DNA of 64,000 bases, taken from positions 1-64,000 of the IMG/VR virus record IMGVR_UViG_3300032291_001597, one strand, 5' to 3'. A program made the translations under genes and the position numbers. Source of the DNA: a virus. The first letter of the stretch is position 1. Each line of letters begins with the position of its first letter. This document shows positions 42,843 through 54,974 of this stretch, one piece after another. Under the pieces are notes generated by a model. It saw only the letters and a program-made list of their open reading frames with translations, did not search any database and was not told where the DNA came from.

Positions 42843-43717
42843 TATTTAATCTTGCTCCAAGTAAGTGGACCAACAATGCCATCGTCTAGGGTGATGTCAG
42901 CGTGCTTCTTTTGGAGACCGATAACGGCAACGTGAAGTGCTTGGTCAAAAACGCCAGTAACTTCTAGACCGAGAGCCTTCTGAAGATAGGCAACAGTCGC
43001 GCCCTTAGAACCCTTCTTGAGTTCACCCTTCAATGCTGGCTTAGTTGCTGGAACCGCTACTGCTGGCTTTGCTGGGACAGGAGGAGTGGCAGGTGTTGCG
43101 TGTTGCGCTACAGGCTCCACCTTAGCCTGAGCCTTGCTCGCTTCGTACTTAGCCTGAACCTTGTTAGCAAACTCTTCAGTGTGCTCTGGCTCATCGTTAG
43201 TTGGAGCATCTTCTGGAGTTGGCTTTGGTGCCAACGCTAGTTCTGCTTCTTGAGCAATCAAAGCCTTGAAGAACTTGACTGCGTTTACGAAGCCCTTGCC
43301 ATCTGGTGTCCATCCGTGAGTCTTACCAGCCCACATCTCCCAGTGGAGGTGAACGCCAGTGGACATACCAGTGGTGCCCATAATGCCTAGAACAGTTCCA
43401 GCCTCAATCTTCTGACCTGGCTTTACCTTAGTAGAGTCGTCCTTTAGGTGAGCATAAAGAGTGGTGTAGAACTTGCCGTTGATTTTGTGCTGGACGATAA
43501 CGTAGTTACCAAAACCAGCGGGGGACTTTTGTGCCTTTAGAACCTTGCCAGCATAAGGTGCCTCAATATAAAACGGACCCTTGCCAAGACCGATAATGTC
43601 AGCACCATTGTGATGCTTCTTTTCCTTCTTGACTGGGTGCATACGCCAACCCATTTCGCTGGTAATCTTCCAGTCTTTGCCTAGTCTCCCATCAAGTGGG
43701 TATTGTGCCTTTGCCAT
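42842..43717 (-). CDS. Endolysin: M23 peptidase plus peptidoglycan-binding domain
   Basis: HNGAD (HxxxD), YAH, TGMSTGVHLHWE; C-terminal LKKGSKG..VAYLQ...DGIVGPLTW. Confidence 0.9.
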   Translation of the reverse strand: MAKAQYPLDGRLGKDWKITSEMGWRMHPVKKEKKHHNGADIIGLGKGPFYIEAPYAGKVLKAQKSPAGFGNYVIVQHKINGKFYTTLYAHLKDDSTKVKPGQKIEAGTVLGIMGTTGMSTGVHLHWEMWAGKTHGWTPDGKGFVNAVKFFKALIAQEAELALAPKPTPEDAPTNDEPEHTEEFANKVQAKYEASKAQAKVEPVAQHATPATPPVPAKPAVAVPATKPALKGELKKGSKGATVAYLQKALGLEVTGVFDQALHVAVIGLQKKHADITLDDGIVGPLTWSKIK

Positions 43718-43784
43718 GATTAATCCTTAGTTTTTGTTTACTATAAGTTTATGACAGATACAATTCGCTGATTCTAGAAGAAAC

Positions 43785-44057
43785 TTAAATTTGCGCGTCT
43801 TTCTTTGGCTTCTTTACTGTAGCCTTGCGTTCCTTCTTAGTTCCGTCATAAACGAGACCGTCTCCATCGCCGTCCTTAGGACTTTCCTTAGGCTCGGCTG
43901 GGTTTCTTAGCGGATAGGTCGCCACCCACACTGCTAGGGTTCCGATGATGCAATAACCCACGATGGTCTTTGCTGACCCTTCGAGAACTACCCACGCCAC
44001 GAACATACCTAGCAAAGTCCATACTTGACCGATTAGGTCACTCAGGATTTTCTTCAT
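43785..44057 (-). CDS. Holin-like membrane protein
   Basis: Two TM helices, basic tail, DGDGDG motif; directly upstream of the endolysin. Confidence 0.6.
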   Translation of the reverse strand: MKKILSDLIGQVWTLLGMFVAWVVLEGSAKTIVGYCIIGTLAVWVATYPLRNPAEPKESPKDGDGDGLVYDGTKKERKATVKKPKKDAQI

Positions 44058-44074
44058 TAGTTTTCTTCCTTTTC

Positions 44075-46576
<2,502 letters not shown>

Positions 46577-46623
46577 GAGACATCCTTTAAATAGTGGACT
46601 GTCTCTCCCCCTATAATTTTACC
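46577..46623 (-). promoter_or_regulatory. GGTAAAAT promoter and RBS-sequestering leader hairpin
   Basis: -10 TAAAAT (46621-46616); leader GGGGGA-GAGACA(G)UCC-loop-GGAUGUCUC-GUG pairs over the SD. Confidence 0.55.
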
Positions 46624-46634
46624 TTATTTTGGGG

Positions 46635-46871
46635 TCAACTATCTTCTGGCGCTGGCTTTAGGTTTTCGTGCCAAACCATTCCCCTGACTGCGTTCATCAA
46701 CTCGAATGAGACGCTTGTGAGGTCTTCTGTGGCTAGTAGCAGGTCTGCTTGACGCTCGGGGTTGAATGGGTCTAATAGGCTCTGTTGGACTTCCTCAAGA
46801 ACGTGAGCGCATAGTTTTATCTTGCGAATGTTGTCACTAACTTGCTGGTCATAGTCATCTAAAAAAGCCAT
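46635..46871 (-). CDS. Hypothetical protein
   Basis: ATG 7 nt after a TATAAT (probably leaderless). Confidence 0.55.
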   Translation of the reverse strand: MAFLDDYDQQVSDNIRKIKLCAHVLEEVQQSLLDPFNPERQADLLLATEDLTSVSFELMNAVRGMVWHENLKPAPEDS

Positions 46872-47062
46872 GGAATTATTATAAGTGGTTCGGTTCTGGT
46901 TGTATTTTAATGTATCACTTTTTCTGCGACGGTGTTCTTTTGTGGGAGGCGGAGGATTAAAAATGGTCGACGTCGTTATGAAATAAAGGAAGTGTTGGGA
47001 AATGTCAGGAAATCGGGAAAAAGGATACTGAAGGAAAAAGTGAAAAATAATTGATAAAAGTG

Positions 47063-47198
47063 GATAGTATCTCGGAAGGGTGAAAACTGAGATACTATCG
47101 AAAAATAGTAAAAGATAATTATTGTTTTGCGATAGTATCTACAACCTAATACAACCTAAAAATCCAATCAATCGAAGTTCTATTACGCGCATGCGCGT
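47063..47198. repeat. Inverted and direct repeats in an AT-rich divergent intergenic region
   Basis: GATAGTATCT three times (47063, inverted at 47090-47099, 47131); ACAACCTAA twice; 14-bp palindrome ACGCGCATGCGCGT at 47185-47198. Confidence 0.7.
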
Positions 47199-47293
47199 GC
47201 GTGTATAGGTGGCAGAAAACACGGTTGAATGGATAAATAGGTTTATTACTTGATTGGGTCGTAATGGATTGTATTTGGGTGTAGGATTTAGTT

Positions 47294-47755
47294 ATGACTA
47301 ATCCATTCGAATTTTTGGACATTGACGAGAACGAAGCCAAAGAAACTCTGTCCGAAATCAATCGAGTAGGTAATCGAGATAAACGCATTTGTATCTGCGG
47401 ACACTCAATCAATTACCACTCATTTATTTCGACAAGAGGACATCACACTTGTAACGCACAGAAAAATGCTTGTAAGTGTCGAAACCCTAGACCAGTTCTA
47501 GAAACCACTAACGCACGAGTATTCAATCGAAAGACACAAGGCGCTGCTGGACTTCACGCATTGACGCAAGGAATTGCTGGTGCGATGGAAGTTGGGGCAA
47601 CAATAGAGTGGCTCATTGAAATGAAATGCGACAAGTGTGACACTGTTGGACCAGTAGTTCCAGTTCCAGTAACACAACAAGGAGTGATTAGCAGTAGCGG
47701 TCACACTGGCTTTGACAAAATGCTATGTAGAGGATGTCGCACAAATGGACAGTAA
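47294..47755 (+). CDS. Cys-rich multi-zinc-finger protein
   Basis: CICGH...H...C...CKC and CDKC...CRGC. Confidence 0.65.
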   Translation: MTNPFEFLDIDENEAKETLSEINRVGNRDKRICICGHSINYHSFISTRGHHTCNAQKNACKCRNPRPVLETTNARVFNRKTQGAAGLHALTQGIAGAMEVGATIEWLIEMKCDKCDTVGPVVPVPVTQQGVISSSGHTGFDKMLCRGCRTNGQ

Positions 47756-48413
47756 TGCTAAACCGCACTACAACGTAGTGATTGCTACACCGGGCAGACA
47801 GTTTCACGCTGACTATGTGATGTCGCTATTGGAAACAACTAAGTGGCTGAATGAGAATGGGTTGACTTACACGATGCTCAACACCTATTCGTCTTTTGTT
47901 CCAAGTGCCAGAGAAATGACAGCAACTGGAACCTACGTCCACAACTGGGAGACCAAAGAAGTTGGGAGTGGCAAATTCACCTACGACAAAATCTTCTGGA
48001 TTGATTCAGATATCTCTTGGACTAACGAAGACTTTCGAAGAATCTACGAAAGTGAATTAGATGTTGTCAGCGGACTCTACCAAACGGATGTCTACGGAAC
48101 GGTTGCTTGTAACTATCCAGACAACGAAGGCAGACCTACCAAAGTCAACAAGGTTGAGTTCCTATTGTTCGATGAGCCTGTCGAAGTAGGTGGAGTAGGT
48201 TTCGGATTCGTCGCGATGAAGCAGGGCGTCTTCGAGAGTATCCCAAGACCTTGGTTTGGTATCAAGAAAATCAAATGGCCTGAACACGACTTTTTGACTA
48301 ATGTTGGAGAAGACTATTCGTGGTGCTACAACGCGACTGGCGCAGGGTACAAAATTTGGATTGACCCATTGGTCAAAGTAAATCACCACAAGGAGACTGT
48401 CTATGTCGTTTAG
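47745..48413 (+). CDS. GT-A glycosyltransferase-like protein (paralogue of 11622)
   Basis: IATPG, FWIDSD, GFGFVAMK, GEDYSWC, VNHHK; start placed at ATG 47745. Confidence 0.75.
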   Translation: MDSNAKPHYNVVIATPGRQFHADYVMSLLETTKWLNENGLTYTMLNTYSSFVPSAREMTATGTYVHNWETKEVGSGKFTYDKIFWIDSDISWTNEDFRRIYESELDVVSGLYQTDVYGTVACNYPDNEGRPTKVNKVEFLLFDEPVEVGGVGFGFVAMKQGVFESIPRPWFGIKKIKWPEHDFLTNVGEDYSWCYNATGAGYKIWIDPLVKVNHHKETVYVV

Positions 48414-48702
48414 TGACAACATCAAAGTAATGACCATAAACTACGCCAGCATCAAAGACTGCGATATCTTGTCGTTCGACGAAATCCCAGAAGAGCAAAC
48501 CAAAATTCTTAGAGAACGTCCAGAGAGCGAAGAAGCGTTCCTTGAGAGATTCCAGAAGATTATCCAACTGGCACTAATCGACCCTGCTCGTTGGAGCGAG
48601 TTTGAAGAATTATCTATGGATGAGTTCTTTACGTTCTTTTGGAAATGGGTCCAAGCCAGTAGTATAATAGACGAAGAAGACGTAGAGCACGGAACGATTT
48701 AG
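48403..48702 (+). CDS. Hypothetical acidic protein
   Basis: Strong SD AAGGAG. Confidence 0.6.
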   Translation: MSFSDNIKVMTINYASIKDCDILSFDEIPEEQTKILRERPESEEAFLERFQKIIQLALIDPARWSEFEELSMDEFFTFFWKWVQASSIIDEEDVEHGTI

Positions 48703-48935
48703 TGGCAAACATCTGCGGATGGTGTATGACTGGGTATCACGACACGTGTAAGCCCAAGATTGTTTTCTACGACAAAGTTTGGTATTGTAACTGTGTCCAA
48801 TGTAAAGACAAGCAAACTGAAGGAGTGACGAATGAGGAACCTGTTTCGCAAACTGTTCTACCCGAACCGACCGCTGACACATCAGCACGGTCCGAGGCAC
48901 CTACTACTAAAAAAGTAAAAAGAAAACTGAAATGA
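48702..48935 (+). CDS. Small Cys-rich protein
   Basis: CGWC...H..C...CNCVQC. Confidence 0.55.
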   Translation: MANICGWCMTGYHDTCKPKIVFYDKVWYCNCVQCKDKQTEGVTNEEPVSQTVLPEPTADTSARSEAPTTKKVKRKLK

Positions 48936-49558
48936 TTGACTACACCATAAAGCAGGTGTCTTCCAAAGAATCAAACCAGATGGTCGTGGACAACCACTAC
49001 CTTCATCGCAAGGCATCGAATATGTATGCCTATGGTTTGTTCGATGGCGAAGAAATGATTGGCTGTGTGATTTACGGGAAACCAGCATCACCCAGTTTGT
49101 GTGTGGGAGTTTGTGGTCCAGAGGAATCTAGTCAAGTGCTAGAACTAACCAGACTCTGGATTGCTGACAAAACTCCAAAGAACACAGAGTCATACCTGAT
49201 TGGTCGTAGCCTAAGGATGTTGCCAAAAGACAGAGACATCATCGTGTCCTATGCCGAAATCGGAGCAGGTCACGTTGGTACTGTCTACCAAGCAACCAAC
49301 TGGATTTACACAGGAATGTCCGACCGCCACGTTGAGTGGAGATTGGATGGAGAATCCAGCACACACTCTCGCCACATCTTTGACGAGCACGGCGGAGTAA
49401 ACGGAGCAAAGGCTTTCTTTGGCGACAGACTCGAAAGAGCAGAACGTCCACGAAAGCATCGATACGTTTTCTTCAACACTTCATCAAAGAGAAGGAAACG
49501 AGAACTTCTAGACAAACTAAGATATAAAATCCAACCCTATCCAAAGAAGGAAACCTAA
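48932..49558 (+). CDS. Mom-like GNAT DNA adenine-modification protein
   Basis: HYLHR, YGLF, LELTRLW, NTESYLI, VSYA, HVGTVYQATNWIYTG, KHRYVFF. Confidence 0.85.
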   Translation: MIDYTIKQVSSKESNQMVVDNHYLHRKASNMYAYGLFDGEEMIGCVIYGKPASPSLCVGVCGPEESSQVLELTRLWIADKTPKNTESYLIGRSLRMLPKDRDIIVSYAEIGAGHVGTVYQATNWIYTGMSDRHVEWRLDGESSTHSRHIFDEHGGVNGAKAFFGDRLERAERPRKHRYVFFNTSSKRRKRELLDKLRYKIQPYPKKET

Positions 49559-49966
49559 ATGAAGAAATGGTTCGAAGAGTTCCTAAACAAAATTAGACCA
49601 GCCAAGACAACCAAGGCTGAAACAATCACCCTTATTGAAACCGTAAACAACATCGCCAGAGACAACACAGGCAGATGGGTTTCGGACGATTTGGGAAAGC
49701 CAGTCCTAAAGACTGACGACCCAGCACGAATCGCAAAGTTCACTAAGCGCCAAGAAGATTACTACTTGTCGGTCGCCAAGAAAGTATCCTGCTGCGGCGG
49801 TGGCGCTTCAGGTTGCCAGTGCTCCCTGAAGCCGACGGACAACAAAAAGGTTGAAGAAGTAAAAGCCGAAGCCAAGCGTCAGCAAGAAAAGTATGGAACT
49901 CAAAAGCCAGTTGCTAAGAAAAAGCCAACTGGTGGAGGCACCAAAAAAGAACAAGCAACAGAGTAA
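49559..49966 (+). CDS. Hypothetical basic protein
   Basis: SD AAGGA; ARDNTGRW and CCGGG..CQC motifs. Confidence 0.55.
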   Translation: MKKWFEEFLNKIRPAKTTKAETITLIETVNNIARDNTGRWVSDDLGKPVLKTDDPARIAKFTKRQEDYYLSVAKKVSCCGGGASGCQCSLKPTDNKKVEEVKAEAKRQQEKYGTQKPVAKKKPTGGGTKKEQATE

Positions 49967-49989
49967 TTTCAAAACAGTTTCAAACTAAG

Positions 49990-50029
49990 CCCCGAAAAAA
50001 TCACTAACCCTGATTTTTCGGGGTTTTTT
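49990..50029 (+). terminator. Intrinsic terminator
   Basis: CCCCGAAAAAATCA/TGATTTTTCGGGG followed by TTTTTT. Confidence 0.75.
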
Positions 50030-50180
50030 CTGCCTTTCTAAATGAAAAAGGTAGCGGTCAGGCTCACCTCATCAAAAATTTCGTCCAAATCAAAAATAAA
50101 GATTGACTTTATAGTGATAACTGTCAGGTTGTATAAACCTGTGGGATGAGACACCCTTAGGTTGCCCAAAGCACACGAAT

Positions 50181-50225
50181 GGGTCGGGCGGGAAGCAGTC
50201 TCTCCCCCGACTTCCCGTCCGACTC
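50181..50225 (+). ncRNA. 15-bp hairpin with C-rich loop (candidate sRNA or leader element)
   Basis: GGGTCGGGCGGGAAG/CTTCCCGTCCGACTC with two G.U pairs; loop CAGTCTCTCCCCCGA. Confidence 0.5.
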
Positions 50226-50252
50226 TTATGAAATAGCAAGGACGTAATTTCA

Positions 50253-51182
50253 ATGTCAGACCCTCGTGCTATAGATTCGGCGGACCCTTTCTCTACTCCT
50301 ATCGCAGAGAAGCCAGACGTTCAGGTCGACACTCCAACTAACCTCCGCCCCGACCTTTCTCAATATGGAATCGAAGAAGTAGACAAGGGCATCTGCGAAG
50401 ACACGTATGAGAACCGCGCTGCCTTACGTCGAGCAAAGATGAACTGGATTCCTGTTTACGCAGTGAACGGCGTTCCTACTGGAACCATCCAAGCCATCTC
50501 TCCTGAGATGCAAACTCAGCAAAGAATGTTGAGCCTCGATGAGAAGGTCGCAATTCTTTCAGACCCTAAAAATAAAAACTCGGATTACTTGACGGGCTTC
50601 GACCTTCTTGCTGAATCCGAGGGCGACTTGATTGCGCCACCTTGGGTTCTCGGCGCGACGCGCGTTTGGGCAAAACTCTATAATGAAGCGAACGGCGATT
50701 TCGAATCGCTTGGAAAAAAGGTACCCCCTTTACCATCACGTTGTAAGGCCATCAAGGACGACGGCATCCGCTGTCAGTTATGGACTGGAGGACGTCCACA
50801 GGATGACGGCTTCTGTCGCGTTCACCTTGGCGCGTTACGCAATAAACCGACGGACTCAGTTGAACGCGCTCGCGCACGTCTGACTCAGGTTGCCCCTGTT
50901 GCTGTCGACACCCTTGAGCAGTTGATGGAGTCAGCCGAGTCTGAGCCAGTGAAACTAAAAGCAGCCACAGAAATTTTGGACCGCGCGGGTGTCAGAGCAG
51001 GCTTTGATATAAATACTGATGTTACTCTAGACGTCAGGCCCGCTGCTTCTATAATCGCCGAACGTCTACAACGGTTAGCCCAAAACACGCTCGATGCTCA
51101 AAGACGTATCGACGAAGCACAGCCACCGACCATTGAAGTAGAAGTAGAAGAAGCAGAGGTAGTTCCAGATGACGCTAAGTGA
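50253..51182 (+). CDS. Terminase-small-subunit-like protein with a C-x-C-x-C-x-H finger
   Basis: RCKA...RC...FCRVH finger; AVDTLEQLM...VKLKAATEILDRAG helical motif typical of TerS-like proteins. Confidence 0.55.
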   Translation: MSDPRAIDSADPFSTPIAEKPDVQVDTPTNLRPDLSQYGIEEVDKGICEDTYENRAALRRAKMNWIPVYAVNGVPTGTIQAISPEMQTQQRMLSLDEKVAILSDPKNKNSDYLTGFDLLAESEGDLIAPPWVLGATRVWAKLYNEANGDFESLGKKVPPLPSRCKAIKDDGIRCQLWTGGRPQDDGFCRVHLGALRNKPTDSVERARARLTQVAPVAVDTLEQLMESAESEPVKLKAATEILDRAGVRAGFDINTDVTLDVRPAASIIAERLQRLAQNTLDAQRRIDEAQPPTIEVEVEEAEVVPDDAK

Positions 51183-51378
51183 ACTAATTGAGTTAGCGAC
51201 GGAGCACACCTTACGGCTCGCGGAAGACGTCAAACTTGCGTCGACTAGAATGGAACACGTGCGGGTTACGGCTCGCGCTAATGAAGCATCGAACTTACTC
51301 CACGCCCTAATGCACTACACACCCGACGGATTGCCAGCAAACAATGTCTCTATTTCAGAAGCCGAACCCGACGAGTAA
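51169..51378 (+). CDS. Hypothetical protein
   Basis: SD GAGGT; overlaps both neighbours. Confidence 0.5.
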   Translation: MTLSELIELATEHTLRLAEDVKLASTRMEHVRVTARANEASNLLHALMHYTPDGLPANNVSISEAEPDE

Positions 51379-52120
51379 CGTCGAGCGTTTTATTGCACAA
51401 GCCCTAAGTTATAACGGATACACCGCGAGCGCGGGCCGTATCAATATCTTCGGCGAGCGCCTTGGTATGAACGGCTTGCCTTGGGACGGTATCTTTATTG
51501 ACGTCGTCGCCCGCGAAGTCGGCGTGCCCCTACCTTCCCACATTTATCCACCCGTCGCGCTCGCGGAATACATGGGGTCGGGACTTTTCCGTGCGAAGCC
51601 TCGACGGGGAGACATTGTGTTCTTTGCGACGTCTGAGGTAATGGACTTCGGCTCGCCTCACGTTGGTATAGTAACGGATGCCTCACGGCACGCGATAGAC
51701 GGAACCTTCACAACGGTGGAGGGTATGGTCGGAAACGGCAAGCCTAAGAGTCCCCAAAATGGAGACGGAGTGCATGTGCGTGTCCGTCACCAAACGGAGG
51801 TCATCGGATATGCCCGTCCACGTTTTATTTCTTTAGCAGAACGGATGACCAAAGCGGGAGATGTTCCGACGGTTGTTCCTGCCCAGTTGCGTAACGGCTT
51901 GCGTCATAAGAACGTCGAGGTGGTTCAACTCGCGCTCGCTGGATTGTTCACGGACGTTCGCGGTTTGCCACGGGGACACTTCGATACACGGACTCGACTT
52001 GCTTACGCCAGATTCCAACGGAGCATCGGATATCCGCCTTCGCGTGCAACGGGTGAGGTTGACCTCGCTTCCCTGCAACGGCTTGCCGAGATGACGGGTT
52101 TGTTCACCGCGAGCGCGTAG
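51344..52120 (+). CDS. CHAP-like domain plus peptidoglycan-binding domain (catalytic Cys apparently replaced by Asp)
   Basis: GLPWDGIFI (cf. PWCxxF), PRRGDIVFF, HVGIV, TVEG, IGYARP; C-terminal VEVVQLAL...FQR...TGEVD. Confidence 0.7.
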   Translation: MSLFQKPNPTSNVERFIAQALSYNGYTASAGRINIFGERLGMNGLPWDGIFIDVVAREVGVPLPSHIYPPVALAEYMGSGLFRAKPRRGDIVFFATSEVMDFGSPHVGIVTDASRHAIDGTFTTVEGMVGNGKPKSPQNGDGVHVRVRHQTEVIGYARPRFISLAERMTKAGDVPTVVPAQLRNGLRHKNVEVVQLALAGLFTDVRGLPRGHFDTRTRLAYARFQRSIGYPPSRATGEVDLASLQRLAEMTGLFTASA

Positions 52121-52471
52121 GTAACGAAATGATAACGGCTTATGATTTAATCTTGACAAACCGAGAAAAGTCACTTTAAAATGTCTCCGACATTTTAAAG
52201 CAAATTTCGATACACTTCCCTCTACAGGCCAGTGTTTAGGCGGGGGTCGATTTTCCCCCTTTTATTTCATACGGTAAGCAATGATGAGGCCCGCCTCTCG
52301 AAAAGGGGTCCCCATTTTTCCAAGCGGCGAGCCAGGTTTTGCCAGGCGCTTCAGCACGGTTATTTCATAACGGCCTGCCTTAGCGCGAAGCGGGGAACGT
52401 TGACGGCGAGCGTTTACACGCGCTATGTTTGTTTACACAACGGCAAGCCAATAACGGAAAGTAGGAGACGG

Positions 52472-52699
52472 ATGGACTTTGACGCGTGGTTGAAGATGGG
52501 TTACGAGAACGGGTGGGTAGGACCCGACGTGTGCTTTACGCACGACGGCGTGCCAATGACGGCAAGCGAAGAAGCGGAGTTCGAGACGGGGGACCCTTGC
52601 GTACACATAGTGCGCCTGTACGAGTCAACGGATGCGAAACGTGACGTCGAGGAGAACCACTCACCGAGTTTATGGAGAGCCACTAACAAGGGGTGGTAG
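52472..52699 (+). CDS. Hypothetical protein
   Basis: ATG after SD AGGAG; VCFTHDG...DPCVHIVRL. Confidence 0.65.
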   Translation: MDFDAWLKMGYENGWVGPDVCFTHDGVPMTASEEAEFETGDPCVHIVRLYESTDAKRDVEENHSPSLWRATNKGW

Positions 52700-52752
52700 T
52701 TTTTCCAAGCGGGGGTTGACGGACTCTCGAATCAAGCCTCCGGGTTTGTTTT

Positions 52753-52977
52753 ATGATAAAAGCCATGAGACACATCGAGGTACATTTAGTCGAGAGTAAT
52801 GACGACAGAGAGTCGCTGAACATTGCTGGCTTTGAGTTGTTTGAGGTTGAAACCTGCGAACAATGCTTTGAGGAAGTTGGTTTAGTTGAAGACGCTGAGT
52901 TCGTCGCGTTTGTCGCGTGTCTCGACGAAGATGACGAGTGGATTGTCTGCGCTGAGTGCGCTGAGCCAATTCTTTAA
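52753..52977 (+). CDS. Small acidic zinc-finger protein
   Basis: CEQC...CAEC. Confidence 0.55.
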   Translation: MIKAMRHIEVHLVESNDDRESLNIAGFELFEVETCEQCFEEVGLVEDAEFVAFVACLDEDDEWIVCAECAEPIL

Positions 52978-52994
52978 GGGGTAGGGGTTTTTCC

Positions 52995-53534
52995 GTGCTA
53001 AAGCCGAAAATCGCTGTTTATTTAAATTTAGAAATTGAACTTTCAGAAGTTCTAAAACTCGCTGAAGACACAGAGTGGGTAGAAGCCACACTTGGTGGCA
53101 GATTTGTTGGGGTGGACGAGACTCTCATCAAATTAGAACCCAGCATTAGAGACGCTTCGCTAAAGAAATTAAAAGTTTTACAGGAAGCGATATTTCCTGA
53201 ACTAAAAAATTATGTCGAAGATTTTACGCACGACAGCGTAGTGATGGATACCTTTGCTTTGGTCAAATACACAGAGGGTCAGTTTTTTTCCGAGCACTCT
53301 GATGGGGTAGAGAATTTTGGTCGCGCCCTCTCAATTGTTATTTATTTGAATGACGACTACGAAGGCGGGGAGTTGTATTTTCGTAATCAAAACCTGACCC
53401 TGAAGCCAGTAGCCAAATCAATGGTTATGTTCCCTTCGACTGAAGAATTTCTCCACGAGGCTAAGCCAGTGATTTCTGGAACTAAATACGCAATCGTCAG
53501 TTTCTGGCATCAGCAACCTAGCGTGGAAAACTAG
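52995..53534 (+). CDS. 2OG-Fe(II) oxygenase
   Basis: HSD, YLNDDYEGGEL, HEAKPVISGTKY. Confidence 0.85.
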   Translation: MLKPKIAVYLNLEIELSEVLKLAEDTEWVEATLGGRFVGVDETLIKLEPSIRDASLKKLKVLQEAIFPELKNYVEDFTHDSVVMDTFALVKYTEGQFFSEHSDGVENFGRALSIVIYLNDDYEGGELYFRNQNLTLKPVAKSMVMFPSTEEFLHEAKPVISGTKYAIVSFWHQQPSVEN

Positions 53535-53596
53535 CGACCCCTTTTTCTTTGCCAACCCACTTTCAAAATGTCAGTGGCTGCTCATACACTCTGAGT

Positions 53597-53923
53597 ATGG
53601 ATGAATTTACAAATTACACAGAAGACGACTGGATGAGTTGGTGGACAGAGGTTTTCTATGGCATCGAGAACGATGACATACTTCACATCTGCGACCCACA
53701 CGAAACCAAGCAGTGCGTCGATTGCGCGAAGGTCGACAATTGCTGGAACGAGAATGGTCTCTACATTCTCTGTACAGATTGCCTCGCAGTCGAGAGCACG
53801 TTGGAGATGAACCAAGTTCCCGAACTCGACGAGGACAGCCCCTACGCGCACCTGAGCGAAGAAGAGAAAAAAGAAAAGTTCTTGGAGATGTATCGCGAGA
53901 ATCCAGATATGTTCGACTTCTAA
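53597..53923 (+). CDS. Acidic Cys-containing hypothetical protein
   Basis: CVDC...CTDC; start placed at ATG 53597. Confidence 0.55.
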   Translation: MDEFTNYTEDDWMSWWTEVFYGIENDDILHICDPHETKQCVDCAKVDNCWNENGLYILCTDCLAVESTLEMNQVPELDEDSPYAHLSEEEKKEKFLEMYRENPDMFDF

Positions 53924-53997
53924 AAGTTTTTATAAATAAACTTGACAAAAAGATTTTTATCACTCATACTGTTACCAACAACTCTTGAAGGAGAGAA

Positions 53998-54297
53998 ATG
54001 ACAACCAAGATGAAAGACATCACCATCACCACAGCCACGATTGACTTTGGCGATTGGAACCTAACTGCCACTGGTCAACTAGGTGAGTTCTGGGACTGGC
54101 GCATTGAGCAGACCACTCCAGCGATTCACTACACGAACGACTGGAAGACTCGCGAATACTTCAGCGACCAAGAAGAACTTGAAGAGTGGATGTGGGCTGA
54201 GGTTCAGCGAATCAACCAAAAGTATTCAGTCTGCGTGTTCGAGGAAACTATCGAGCAGGTCGAAGACGAGGACTACTTCGAGGAAGAGGACAACTAA
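53998..54297 (+). CDS. Hypothetical acidic protein
   Basis: Own promoter; SD GAAGGAG. Confidence 0.65.
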   Translation: MTTKMKDITITTATIDFGDWNLTATGQLGEFWDWRIEQTTPAIHYTNDWKTREYFSDQEELEEWMWAEVQRINQKYSVCVFEETIEQVEDEDYFEEEDN

Positions 54298-54449
54298 TGT
54301 CAGAGCGCGAGTGTTCAGAACTACTCTGCGAGCGCCTAGCAGATGTCTACGCAGGTGGACCATATGCTAACGACTGGGCAGACTACTATTGCCACGACCA
54401 CATCCCAGCAGGTTTTCGGGTCTGGGATAGACTTGACAAACAGAAATAA
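54297..54449 (+). CDS. Small Cys/His protein, 50 aa (not in ORF track)
   Basis: Coupled TAATG; CSELLC...YCHDH. Confidence 0.5.
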   Translation: MSERECSELLCERLADVYAGGPYANDWADYYCHDHIPAGFRVWDRLDKQK

Positions 54450-54493
54450 ATCTGCTTTACTAGCAGAGTCATAAAAAACAAGAAGGAGACAAA

Positions 54494-54886
54494 ATGACAG
54501 AACGAGTAACTTGGGTGGACTACCAGTGGAAAGACGAAGCAATGTCTGGAGACAAGATGGCAATGGTGGTAATTCTCAACGACAAAGACCTTTACGAGAA
54601 GTTGTCTACAGACGACGAGTTCGACCAGCGTGTCTGGTTTTACTTTCAAGACGAGGCAGAGTTCAAGCGTGCGTTCAATAAGGACAACGACGAACACGAG
54701 TTCTACTTGGTCGCACAGTATGACGAAGAGGACAACCCAATCTGTCCATCGTGCGATGGATTCATCCCAAGCAACGAGAACCCAGGCGCATACCCAGGGG
54801 CTATCTCTCGCAAGGACAACAGCACAGAGATTTGCTCTGCCTGTGGGATGGCTGAGGCGCTCGCGGACTTTTATTCAAACACGTAA
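54494..54886 (+). CDS. Hypothetical protein with C-terminal zinc finger
   Basis: SD AAGGAG; CPSC...YPGAISR.DN.TEICSACG. Confidence 0.7.
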   Translation: MTERVTWVDYQWKDEAMSGDKMAMVVILNDKDLYEKLSTDDEFDQRVWFYFQDEAEFKRAFNKDNDEHEFYLVAQYDEEDNPICPSCDGFIPSNENPGAYPGAISRKDNSTEICSACGMAEALADFYSNT

Positions 54887-54974
54887 AAAAAGTTTCGCGA
54901 CACGCTTGACAAATAAAAATAAATCTGTTTTACTATTCAAGTAAACAAAACCACTCGTTAGGAAGGAAAAACAA

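Noticed and set aside
52232-52471. N-terminal extension of the 52232-52699 ORF
   Set aside because: It spans repeat motifs; the SD-supported start is at 52472
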